Origin: Octopus sinensis | Lineage: Eukaryota | Length of the DNA: 64,000 nucleotides | Reading direction: 5' to 3' | Assembly (NCBI RefSeq): GCF_006345805.1 | Contig: NC_043012.1 | Span: forward strand, 3,906,001 to 3,970,000 | Part shown: piece after piece, positions 41,107 to 53,735 of the stretch | Position numbering within the stretch: position 1 is the stretch's first letter | Layout: each line of letters starts with the position of its first letter | The notes under the pieces: generated by a model | Databases searched by the model: none | What the model was told of the DNA's origin: nothing | Seen by the model: only the letters and a program-made list of their open reading frames with translations | Program-made: the position numbers and the translations under genes

Positions 41107-41111
41107 TATAA
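41024..41111. repeat. (TA)n microsatellite
   Basis: Directly visible. Confidence 0.95.
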
Positions 41112-41167
41112 AAAAAATTTAATGAAGCCAAAAGTTACCGCAATTATGCAAAATTTATTTTTTAAAA

Positions 41168-42111
41168 TGGTTAATGTTTACACCTGGCTATCAAAAGAAA
41201 AGAAAAAGTAAAATAGGTAAAAAAAAATAATGTGTATTAAACGAATATGAAAACAAAAATATGCGCCAACGAATCGGGAGTGGGGAGAGGACTTTCGGAA
41301 ATTTCACAAGATCCGATATTTTCCCTCATAACTTTTTAAGAAAATGGATATCTTTTTTAATGAAATTTTATATACATATCTTTCAAACGGCACAGATTAC
41401 GATTACAAAGAAATTTGTGGGGAAAACTTTTCCTGAGGGGAACGGGAGAGGACTTTCGAAGAAAAAGAAATTCATAAATTGTTTGTTTGTTTTTTTGCTT
41501 GAGTGTAATGGAAAAAAAAATTTTTTTTGAAATTTAGATTTATTCATTTTACGTTTGAGTAACAAAAAAAAGTTTCAAAAAAGACCCCAACGGTGGAGAT
41601 GAGCTAAAAACAATAGCTAAATCGTCCTTAACTTTTTTCCACAGTGAAGCAATCCGTATTCAACACAGTATTTATGAATTTGTTTCTCTCACCGCGACAC
41701 ATGGGATCTTTTTTAAAAATCTTTTTCTACAATTGAAACAAAAAATAAATGAATCTAAAACTTTTTTTTCAAACTTACTTCCATTACAAGCAAAAAAATA
41801 ATTTATGAATTTTTTTCTCTTCGAAAGTCCTCTCCTCACCCCTCGGAAAAAAATTATCCCCCACGAATTTCTTTATAATCGCAATATATGCCGTCTAAAA
41901 GGTATTTATATAAAATTAAAAGATATCCATTTTCCTAAAAGTTATGAGGAAAAAAAAACACATCTTGTGAATTTTCCGAAAGTCCTCTCCACCCTCCGCT
42001 CCGGCTCGTCGGCGCAAATTTTTTTCATATTCGTTTAATACATTTTTTTTTTACACCTGTTACACTTGTCTTTTTGTTTTGTTGGCCGGGTGCTAAAGTA
42101 AACGTTAACCA
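41168..42111. mobile_element. Old long foldback element (~0.94 kb), unclassified
   Basis: About 41168-41590 is an imperfect reverse complement of about 41700-42111 (for example gaggactttcggaaa / ttccgaaagtcctctc). Related fragments occur near 42990-43360. Confidence 0.7.
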
Positions 42112-42821
42112 AAAATATTCTTTAAAAAATTCAAATAAAATAAAAAAGAAATGTTCGCGTTGATATTATTTTCGCCAAAGCCGTGAACATAAAATGAAAT
42201 AATTACTTCCCCCGCAAAGGTGTGTTTATAATGTGTTGCATTTATTTCCCTTTGATGAAATCTATCTGGTTTCAGTCACTGGATTGCGACCACGATGGAG
42301 CACTACTTTGAAGGGTTTTGCCTGAACAAACTGACCCCGATACTTATATATATATTTTTTAATCCTCGTACATATTCTATCGGGCTCTTTTGCTGTATCG
42401 CTAAGCTACGGGGACGTAAACAAACCACCACCGGTGAGAATTACGATGTGCATACAGATTTCGAAAGATAACAGCTATTGCTGTATATGAAAGCCATCGT
42501 AAGGAATTTCGATAGCAATCGATGCAGAATGAGGAATCCTTCTCGTACACTCAATAACAAATGTGACATTTATTTTAATTTCAGTTTTGTCTTAATACAA
42601 TACAATTTGGTTCAATTTAGTAAATTTGTCGACTAAAAGTAACGAAAATCTAATTAAGGAGGGTGTTTGTCAATTATTAAAAAAATATGTATAGCGGTTC
42701 GGCAAAAGAGACCGATAGAATAAGTACTGGGCTTACAAAGAATAAGTCCCGGGGTCGATTTGCTCGACTAAAGGCGGTGCTCCAGCATGGCCGCAGTCAA
42801 ATGACTGAAACAAGTAAAAGA

Positions 42822-42869
<48 letters not shown>

Positions 42870-43228
42870 GGAAATAATTATACATAGTAACGTCAGTATG
42901 AGGTAGGTGTATATTTTGTTCGACACCGATGAAAATATCTCAAAAATTAAGCAAACAAAAGCTGGCGTACCTACAAGTGTATCTTCACTCGACTTTGTTT
43001 CCTCATGACTTTCAAAAAATGGATATGTTTTTTGATGAAAATTTCCTATAAATACCTTTTAAGCGGTGTAGGTAACGATTATTTAAGAATTTAAGTGAAA
43101 AAAAAAAATGATTGGTGGGCGTGCACACATACATAACTGATAAGCATCTCATAACTGTTTTCAAAATTTCAAGTCTTTTATGTGATGTATGCTAGTATGT
43201 ATGTGTACGCGCCCCAATATATACACAT

Positions 43229-43260
<32 letters not shown>

Positions 43261-45513
43261 TACGATGTAATCATAATGTACATAATCTGAAAAGTATTTG
43301 TAGAATCTTCCATTAAAAAATCCATTTTTCTGAAAGTTATGAGGAAACAAAGTTGGTGGGGGGGGGGGTTATGTCTAAAAGGCTTTTCGTAAGATTATGA
43401 TTTTAGGATTACTAACCTCATAATTAGAGTGTATTTACAATATTTTAACGTGTACGTAGTTCCGGATTGGGTTCGAACTAGTTTGTTTCTAAACTTCAAC
43501 ATGTTTCAAAATGGGTAAATCAATGACTTATCTATTTCTGACTTTTTTTTAGAAAAACTATTTTCCCATTTCTGTTTTAGACCATCGGAAATTCCGATTG
43601 TTAAAAAAAATATTTTAATTTATTATTTATTGGCCATTCTCTATTATTGCACTGCTAACAATAAATATAACACTTCACCTTAAAAAAAAAATTTTTTTCA
43701 ATTAAAGTGTCGGATTGATACCAGACAAAAAACTCGTTTATATCACTAAATATAATTTTTGTGAACTACATCCCGAATTTATTTAAGCCTTAGAAATTAA
43801 AAATGATCTGTTTACTCATCAGTAAAAGGAGGGAGGTAAAACAATTTTTCTTTAAAATCAGAACCTATGATGTTCAAAACATGAAAATTCGAACACCATT
43901 TTTAAAGAAAATAATTAGCTTGGGGAAAGATGAATGATTTTTTTAATACTTATGAGGCAATCACATATTCGTTTCGGTAATTCGAAAGAGCCACGTCGGT
44001 TTTTCACAATCCCCATTACCGCTGTTCTCGAATTACGCCGTTCCCCTCTCTATTTCATGTTTTGAGTGTGTGCATATAAAAATTTCCTTTACATGTTCTT
44101 TCCCAGATGACTCGTAGTGTATGTGTGTCTATATATATATTCTCTAGGCTCACAGTATAATCTTAAAAGCAACAAATCTGCTCCAATATAAATCAAAGCA
44201 GAAAAAAAGCTATTTGAACTGAACATATTCCGTTTGGTATATAATAAATAGATCAAAATATACAAAGAAAGATATGGCTTGCAACAGAATCTGACGTCTC
44301 GAGAACAAAGCCAGAAAATTGCGTAAGAATGTTAAGGGTTAAAAAAAATCTACCGGGAGTGATTTCGTCTGCTATTTTTCGATAAAATGAATACCTATAT
44401 CACCGTTCATATATTAAAATCGATTTCTCATAATATTTTCAATTATATAAGCCGAAGAAAAAAACGAACCTGCATGAAATAATTATTGAATGTAAATAAT
44501 TCAACTAAATGCAAATCGAAAACAAAAATTAATTCCAATTAGTAATGTTATCGACGTCAAAAAAAAAAAAAAAACGATCAATAAAACTCAGTATATTTAT
44601 TTAGCTCAACCGAACAGGTCAATGACGGAGCTGTTCCTACTTTGATCAACCATTATTTTTTTTACCTTTTGAGAATCAAAGACATTTGATGTTGAGGAAG
44701 AGTTAGCTGTTATTACGAGCGACCAAACAGAAGTTCTTTCGATTAAATATTACTTGTGTTTTTGAAGCTGTTAAAAACGTAGCTAAACGAAACAAAATAA
44801 AAATCTTTTAATGAAAATCACCATGTTTACATGTTTCTCACTGGAAGTAATTTTAGGAATAATTATAACCAACAGAAAGAAGTATGAAACAGAAAACGAA
44901 ATGTGTTTATTTAATTTCCAGCTTAGGCACATGGCCACAAATTTCATATACCGGGAAGTCTTTTGGCGTGTTCTTATTTTTTTTGGACATAGTGCGAGCT
45001 GACGAAATGAGCGTCAATGCGGTCGTTCGACATGCAAGAAATACCAACCAAATTATCCAAATTGGAAAATGTAATTCTAGATATTAAAAAAGGCAAGAAA
45101 CCAACTTGGTTGGAAAGCCTTTGGTAATAGGTTTACTTGCTCATTCAGGCACGACTGAACAAGAATTTATTATTTATAGCCCTCCTTGTAAAAGAAGGGC
45201 AGTTTCAGACAATTCCATTTCTCCTGCACTGTCTTTTCCCAGATATTTACCCAAGAATATCGTATTTAAGAAAACATCTTTTTCTTAATTTTTAAACGTA
45301 TATCAAGAAAATCATCTAGAAAGCCGTAAAAATCTTTGTGAATCTTTCGGTCTTTCACATAATAAAAACAATGCAATCGTTTACTAAATAATGTTTTCAT
45401 AAATTCACATTTCCTAAGTGTGTTGCACAAATGTTTTTCTCTCGAATATTTAACGCGAATAATAGAAATACAAAAGCCAAAACCATATACAAGCATGAGG
45501 AAAATTCCTTTTG

Positions 45514-45559
<46 letters not shown>

Positions 45560-46613
45560 ACTGCTACATTTGTTTTGATATCGGTAGATTTAATATTTTC
45601 AGGCATATCTAACTTCACTGAAATAATTTCTTGATGACCTTCATATCACACACCAACTATTAAATACTACTATAAAATCACTTTTGCATTATTTATTTTA
45701 AAAAGCTCATAATCCTGTTTAAGTACAATTTTAGCGCATCAAGTTGAATGAAAATTTATATATTTCTAAACTAGATTATATATTAAATAATCTGTTTGGT
45801 ACATTGAAATTTTCAATACAATTTGTTACCGATTTTGCAAGCAATGCCGTGATCCGAGTTGTTATTGGCCTCAGGCCAATCTTGACTCAGCAGATTTATG
45901 AGGCGTAACAATCTGTTCTGTTTTTTTTTTAATACAAAGTTGCATTGTATCCTTCTTTAAGACGGCAGAGTGTGATTTAAATATTATTTATTTCTGCCTG
46001 ATCGAGCGATCACTTGGAGGATGTTTCGTTGGTTCGTAAGTCTGAGCTGTCGTTATTAATAGTAAAACACCGTATTCAAGATTTTAGTAAATTGACTGCT
46101 TCCGGTAGCAGCCATTTCCATTCTCTGACGCAGTTCTTTTTTCAACCCTTGTAATCTAAAGTCTTCTAACTACGTAAAAAGAAATCAATGCTGCAAAATG
46201 GCAAATTGGTCGAGCGTCAGACAAAGTGGCATTTCATTACATCTTTTTATGTTTTGAGTTCAAATTTTCCGCAATCGATAAAATAAGTTTTGGACTCGGT
46301 CTTGTAAATTGTAATTAACTTGTAGAACTAATATTAATATTCATTTATTGGATGCAGTTGACCCAGTACTTATGAAAGACAAAGGGATGTAAACAAATAC
46401 TACAAAGGTATTTTGTTAGTATGATGCAACAGTGATTGTATAATCCACCCGTCGTCACATTTAGATTAATAAACACAAATGTGTTAATTTATTAATTTAC
46501 TAATCATATCCCGTCATAGATAGTGAGTTTAGGTTGTGAATTTTTCGTAGTGTTAAAACGGTGATTTGGAAACAATAAAAACACTCTGGAAACCTCTGGC
46601 ATGAAAGAGTTTC

Positions 46614-47203
46614 GGATCTTTTCTTTTTGAACGGCAGACAATTTCTAATAAACTAAACACTTTAAAACTTTGTATACTGGTAGAATATGTCAAAATAAAA
46701 CATTTTTTTCTCTTGGCTTTCTTGAGAAAATTGTAATTTGTTTGAATAACGTAGTTTAATTTTTCGAATTTTAACCAATCCTATGCTCTCTTTTGAGCTA
46801 AAATCATTTGCTGCGTCTAAAACTGAGACAACATCCTGTAACTAATCCTAAATTTTTTTTTTTAATTGTTACGCGTGTAAAAAAAACTAAAGCAATGGAA
46901 TTAAATTAATTTAACAATTAAGAAAAAAAAATTAGGGTTAGGGGGAGGTTTAGGGTTAGTTACAGGATGTTGTCTCAGTTTTAGACGCAGCAAATGATTT
47001 TAGTTGAATGGAGGTAATCGATTGGTTAAAATTGCCGAAATGCTCGGATTTTCAGACGAAATATCTTACAAACTATTGAATTTTCTCAATAAAACCAAGA
47101 GAAAATGATGTTTTATAAATACATTCTACCAGTATACGAAGTTTAAAAGTGTTTAGTTAACTAGAAATTGTGTTGACATCTGCCGTTCAAAAGGAAAAGA
47201 TCC
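46614..47203. mobile_element. 590-bp foldback MITE, GG termini, perfect 8-bp TSD (Merlin-type candidate)
   Basis: GGATCTTTTC...GAAAAGATCC with agagtttc on both sides. The imperfect arms are about 250 bp and include a 48-bp perfect stretch. TTAGGG units lie near the centre. Confidence 0.85.
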
Positions 47204-47650
47204 AGAGTTTCTAGTTCCGTCTTTTCTAAAGATTTCAAGATATGAAAATAAGTGTTAACTAAACATTACGATCATACGCGAAAGTGGCATGGTCGAATGC
47301 TGCCTGCGTGGGTAAACACCGACAGACATTTTCCTACATTAGGCACAAGGGCTGAAATTTTGGCGAAAGGGAGCTAGTTGAGGACATCGAACCCAGTACT
47401 TAACTGCTTCTTATTTTATCGAAGCTGTAAAAGTGAAAGGCAAAGCCGACCTCGGCGGCATTTGAACTCAGAACATAAAGAGTTGAAAGAAATGCTGCTA
47501 GGCAATATGTCTGATGCGGTAACGAACGCGCAGCTGGCAGCCTTAACCGATCAACCTTATAGTGGTAACGAATAAAGTAAGGTAACGACAAGTGGAAGTG
47601 AACACATTCAAATGTTACAGAAGGGAGGTGATCGCAGGGAACGAGATGTC

Positions 47651-47857
47651 GGTACTAGTAGCGTAGACTGGACCCGGTTTGCGCAGACGCGCGAGCCAGA
47701 CGTAGGCAGTCGATCCTACGAGCTGGCTGGCGCATGCACGATATATACTTGTATATACAAGTATATATCGTGCATGCGCCAGCAGCTCGTAGGATCGACT
47801 GCCTACGTCTGGCTCGCGCGTCTGCGCAAACCGGGTCCAGTCTACGCTACTAGTACC
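47651..47857. mobile_element. 207-bp palindromic foldback element, GG termini, 9-bp TSD (Merlin- or MULE-type MITE)
   Basis: GGTACTAG...CTAGTACC with arms of 104 and 103 nt, one indel and no loop. Flanked by cgagatgtc (47642-47650) and cgagatatc (47858-47866). Confidence 0.85.
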
Positions 47858-47979
47858 CGAGATATCGAGGAGTAACGCGTGACTGATGAAGGAGAAAAGC
47901 CGAGAGAAATGATTGGTGTGAGGTACGAGTTATTTCGGGAGACAGGTGCGATGGGGGGGGGCAGGTAGGTAGATTATCC

Positions 47980-48206
47980 CAGGGGTCCCTAATCACCGGG
48001 CCGCAGAGGAGGAATGAACTTTTAAATTTTATTCCTATTTTATTGATTATCGCTACCTGCAGGATGTTTTATGTATTATATACGTAATAATTAAATTATA
48101 TATTTTATGCACATTATTGTATTTTGTCCATGCGCATGATTCCACTGTCCGTGGAAAAACCGTGTTGCATGAAACTGGTTTGAAGTGAAAAAGTTGAGGA
48201 CCGTTG
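47980..48206. mobile_element. hAT-type MITE (related fragment near 23306-23390)
   Basis: CAGGGGTCCCTAA...GTTGAGGACCGTTG with TSD-like gattatcc/ggttatct. Confidence 0.6.
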
Positions 48207-49537
48207 GGTTATCTGATCATTTCCAATATACTCAGCACCATTATAAGTGTGCGTGCTGGTGTGTATCATCATCATTTAACGCCCGTTTTCCATGAATTGG
48301 ACAGCTTGACAGGGGCCGACAAGGCCAGGAGCCGCACCAGGTCTCACAGTCTGTTTTAGTTTGGTTTCTACGGCTAGATGCACTTCCTAACGTCACTTTA
48401 CTCGTGCTTATACGCGACACCAACACTATATATATGTGCGCATATATATAGTGAAAATTTACAAAAAAAACCCCAAAAGACGGGTGTGTAAACGACAAAC
48501 TGATGTATTAGTTTAACGTTCGGGAAGTGAGTCTTTTACGTTTCGAGCCAACGCTTTTCGAAGAAAGGAACACAGAAATAAACAAGGAGAGAAAATAGAA
48601 AAAAAAGTATAGCGGCTAGCGATCTATCATGGCGAATATATAATACTATCACTATGACCCGGCGTTGCTGGGTCATAGTGCTAGTGCATGCATATACAGC
48701 TGCGTGCGCACATACACGCGAGTACTGTCCAAATCTCTGACCAATCACATACAGCTAGCTGGCATTCAATTGGCGTATCAAGTTTCGGGCATTTTGATTG
48801 GGTTTTGGATAGAAAATTCACCAAAAATCACTTCTATTGATTTTTTTAATGGCTTTGCGGGGTGACTGGGGAAATGTGAAGATGTGCACGACCACCCTTG
48901 GACGGTTTTGAATGACCATAGAAAGTGCGAGCTCTCTAACTGAAAAATTGTTGATTTGTATAAAGGACACACACGCAGACATGTTGCCGTTTATATATAG
49001 AGAGATATAGGAAATGCATTTACCAAATCAACATTTCTGATAATTCGTTTTGAACTGAAAATATGGACACGGTTGTGTAATTCAGAAGCTCGCTTTCCAA
49101 TCACGTGCTTTTGAGTTAAGACTCATTGCCTGGCGTCCAACCCATGCTAGCATGGAAAACGGACGCTAAACGATGATGATAATGATGATGATGCCTGGCA
49201 TCTTGCGACAAGTGTTTTCTACTTTAGCCTCCAATGCCTTGCAGATGATTTTGGTAGGTGGAAACTGTGTAGAAGCCCGTATACAAAACGCCTATGTATT
49301 GCTAATTAACTCAAAAGAAATCCATCTTAAAAACCAAGTACAGACTATGTAAGACAGCTACAGTAACCTTACAGAAAAATATAATATTGTAAAAAAAGAA
49401 AAAAAATCATAACCATAAATCAGTTCCACCGCCGATGTTATGATATAGATTTTGATTTAATTGAGTGTAAAGACTTGTAGAATTAGAACCGCAACTGCTC
49501 AAAAATAATTTAAAAGATGTGAAATAAAGAATATTAC

Positions 49538-49598
49538 CTGCCGCAATTTACCACTCCACAACATAAACAAATCCAGGGACTTTTTTCTGTTTTACACA
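49538..49598 (-). CDS. USP3: USP3-like coding exon 2 (VCKTEKSPWICLCCGVVNCGR)
   Basis: tttcag|TGTGTAAAACAG...TGCGGCAG|gtaata, 61 nt. It encodes the ZnF-UBP segment C-x5-PWICLxCGxVxCGR, in frame with exons 1 and 3. Confidence 0.93.
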
Positions 49599-52500
49599 CT
49601 GAAAGCAAAATAAACAAAAAATGTTAAGTTGGAGATATAACAAACATTGAAACGAAGTTAAATACATTTATTGCAGAGAGGAGGAAACAAAACCAGAGAA
49701 CTGAAAGCATCTGCGTCACTAGTAGTCATAACAATAACGGCATAATGACCTTACATATTAAATACGAAACATGATGTAATTTAGAGAGGAAGGGAAATTA
49801 GAATTTGTGGCATTTATGCTTTTCCCAAGAAAATTAACAGTGAAAGTGAAGTGAGAAACCAGGCCGTCGTTTGTCTCGACTCACTGCTTGAAGATGTCTC
49901 TTGCTCCAAGCATTTTACTTGTTCAAGCATATAAGATAATTATAATTTGTTAATTCGGCATAAAATGTTTTTTAAAAAAATTTGAGAACGGAAGCTTTGT
50001 GACGTACATTATTAATGGATATTGGAAGAGAAAGAAGAAAAAAATTTAATAATCCTTCGTTCGCCTCAAGAATCTCAACCTAACACGGCTTAAAAACAAT
50101 GCCGATTTCTCTGCTCAGAACAAGACGAGAAGGCTAGGCTATTATGAAAGGAAACATACAAGTTATTAAGGAAATATTGGGATAAGCTACGGTTTCAGAC
50201 ATAAAACATTCAATTGAAGCCGAAAAAACACTGGAACATTTCCAAATAACAACAGTAGTTTCTACACAGCAGGAAAACCTACTAAATAACACTATAATAA
50301 TAATAATAGTAATAATAGCAAAATCACCAGAGGACCTCAATATATTATGTCATAGAGTTCTATTCCTTAAAATCACTAACAAAAAGAGCATTGAAGACAG
50401 TGGTTCAATATTTTATGAAACTTGATTGAACTAAACACTAATATCACACCAACCCAGCTCTGACGTATAAAAGAATATTAAAGCATCTTAAACCTTTTCA
50501 CTAGTTTTATAAATGAAACACCAATAGTGCTGACAGACGACACATCATATGAAAATGCTGTTGAAATAAAATCCATTCACCATCACTCCAGTAAGAGAAA
50601 GAAAGAGAAAAGCTACATAAAGTATATTTGGAATGAAAAAATAAAAAAAAAGGAAAATCATGTTTGGTGGAATAAAATAAAACCCGCTTTTCAACTTTTA
50701 GTAGTGTTTGTTGGGTTGTCTAGGATTTCGAGTGGCATCAAGTAATGATGGCAATAGGGTTAAGGAAGTATAATAAACAGCTTGGATTGAAAATCTGAGA
50801 TATAATCAATCATAAAAAGAAGCAAGAGTTTTTTTTTTTTTCGTGTTTTTATATTTATTCCTGGCTTATAAATTCTTTCAAAGCTAGTCTATCCTGCAAG
50901 ATCAACACTGCATATCTAGTTAGTGTATTATATCAGGTTTCAAACGTGATGCTTTTCAACATTTAGAATGAAAGAAACATGTTCAATACGAATGATGCAT
51001 AATAAACTATACATAAAACAAGCCTTTAGAAAAAAGATGAATGCCGTTACATGGTACGTTTTTTCACGCTTCTAAATAAAGACGGTCGTCTTAAACAAGA
51101 GATTCTTTTATTTAAGGAATGCCTTTGGTTTGATAAAATTCAATATATTGCTGGTAATTTTATACCTCTACATAATTCACTAGAACCCCCCCCCAGTTAA
51201 ATACCCCTCAAACCATATACCCTACCATCTTTGAAAAGGACATTAGATACACTATATTTGGGGGGGGGGCATGGCCACGGTTGGAATGTCTTTGATCATA
51301 GGTTTGCTCGATGAGGGCTGACATGGAATTGAGCAAAAACAATATTCACAACACAATGAAGTTTGATATCTGAACTGTTTCCCCCCACAACCACCCCCGC
51401 CTGCCCTTTGCACCAATGCCGGACGAAATGCCATAATACGAGATGGTGACGTTTACAAAATAAAAGTATGAATCTACTTTATCGCTCACGAATAATAAAT
51501 GTCGCTCGCGAGTAAAGGGATGGTGGTCCATAGTTTAATATAAATGTTTATCCTATCCAAGTCGGACTTGATCCAGGAGAGTAAAACCAAAGGCATTCCA
51601 GCTTGACAATACCCTTTTATTTAATTAATTAATTTATTTGTAAGGTATATCTTGACCACCAGATTCGACTAGTCTTTTTAGTAGGCCAAGCAACGCGCAA
51701 AAAGCTTTGTTGTTGGTTCAATAATATATATTTTATAATGTATCTAGATTAGTGTTTCATTAATGTTCAATCTTTGTAGATATCGACTCAGCTTTTCAAC
51801 TTCCCAGAGCTGATTTAAAAAAAAAAAAAAAAAAAAGCAACATTAACATTCCCAGTCAGCAAAAATGGCCGTAAGACCGACTAAATAACGACACTGCGAT
51901 AAACTTTCCCTCGGAAGAACTTCAAAGGATTTTAAGCTTGGATCATTAAAGATCAAGAGTATATTTAATACCAGATACATTATTTTTTAATATCAATACA
52001 AAATCACAAATACAAATATATGAGGGAACAGTTATTTTCACTTAACTGAATTGACCCCAATAATTAAATAGATGGTTATTTTAATGACTTTGACGGTAAT
52101 TGAACTCAGAAACAAAACTAAATAATCTAATGCCTTTATCAACTATATTTCACCTCATTAAATGATACTAAGAATAAATCCATCAACGATGCAAATCAAA
52201 TCTAATTAATGGTTGTATACAGTGCCATGTGGAAGAATTCAAAAACAGAGGAAGTCATACGTTTATATCCAAAAGTGTCCAATGAAACCTCTAGTGCGCT
52301 CTGGGTTGGCTAAAGAAGGTTCACGTTGCGTGCATGTATGTACACATGTACACACACACACGTGTAGTCTACAGGATTATAGATATACCATAGTTATTTA
52401 ATACCTAGTGCGAAATCGGTTGGCAAGAACGGCTGAAATGGATCTATGGTACTGCATACTTTTATTAATATACCCACTCTGTTGAGAAATATACAAGTGC

Positions 52501-53439
52501 ATATTTTTAATGATTTTATGGATTCTTAGACGACTCTGTGTGTGTGTGTGTGTGTGTGTGAACATCATTATCATCCTTTCCAAACAAGCACAACTCCATA
52601 ATTTTGTCTTACATGTCTACTGCAAACTAAAACATCTTAATAAATATGTGTGTGTGTGCTTGTTTTAAGCGTGAGTGAATTCATATTGAAATGAAATCAC
52701 CAACTTAGTAAGAAGCTAAGCTGGATGAGTAGAAAGACACAAAATGAAAGAGATATAGACAAAGAAAAATACAAGTGATGAATAATACATCTTAATGGAG
52801 GAGAATGATCCGTCTAGAAGTTGATGCCTTTTCTGATCCCATAATAATTTATTCAAAGGTATTTATTTATATTCATCAATGCCCAACAGTACAAATCAAT
52901 TAAAAACTTATCAACATTTCCCTATCTGTCAGCATTAATTCAGCTAAAATAATATAGTTTTCCAGATTTACTTGGAACAGATAAACAAGACAATAATATA
53001 CATAGAAACAGACAGCTTTTAACATCATTTCCCTTGATTACTAAAAATCGCGAGCCTTAAATTTAAGAAGTCCGTTTAATTATTTCGCTTTCTTCAAGTA
53101 TCATCGTATAACCCTGATGGATTTAGTACAGTTTTGATCTGTTAATAAATAAATCAATCGAGTACAGAATATCGATGTGACAGTGCCTAGTTAAGTTTTA
53201 AAATAGAGGATTTCTTAAAAGATTAATGTTATTTGTTAGACTAGGTTCCTTGGCATGGGCAGAAACAGCACCTATGAAGGGCGTTGTGAGATCACATTGG
53301 GATTTGGGGGTTTAGAGAATGGTCTGATTTTAGCAATAAAATATTTAACTCAGATTCACTATTTCTATTTTTAATTAAATCGTTACGAATAGGACATTGA
53401 GATCAATGAACAGAAAGAAACATGACTGGTGCTGAGCCA

Positions 53440-53735
53440 AGTGTCTGTCTTCTGCTATAGGTTCGGGCCGACCAAAGCCTTGTGAGTGGATTTGGTAGAC
53501 GGAAACTGAAAGGAGACCGTCGTGTATGTATGTATATATAAGTGCACGCGCGCGCGTGTACCCACAATCGCCTGACAACCGGCGTTGGTTTGTTTACGTC
53601 CCTGTGACTTAGCGATTCGACGAAGGTCACTGATAGAATAAGTACTGTACTGGATCAATTCGTTCGACTAAAATTCTTCAAGACGGTGCTCCAGCATGGC
53701 CGCAGTCTAATGACTGAAACAAGTAAAAGATATAA
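53440..53735 (+). mobile_element. SINE family A, 5'-truncated
   Basis: Collinear with family A, CpGs retained. Confidence 0.8.

Noticed and set aside
47880-47910. CTGATGAAGG...CCGAGA hammerhead-like string
   Set aside because: No convincing stem II, no GAAAC and no cleavage triplet.
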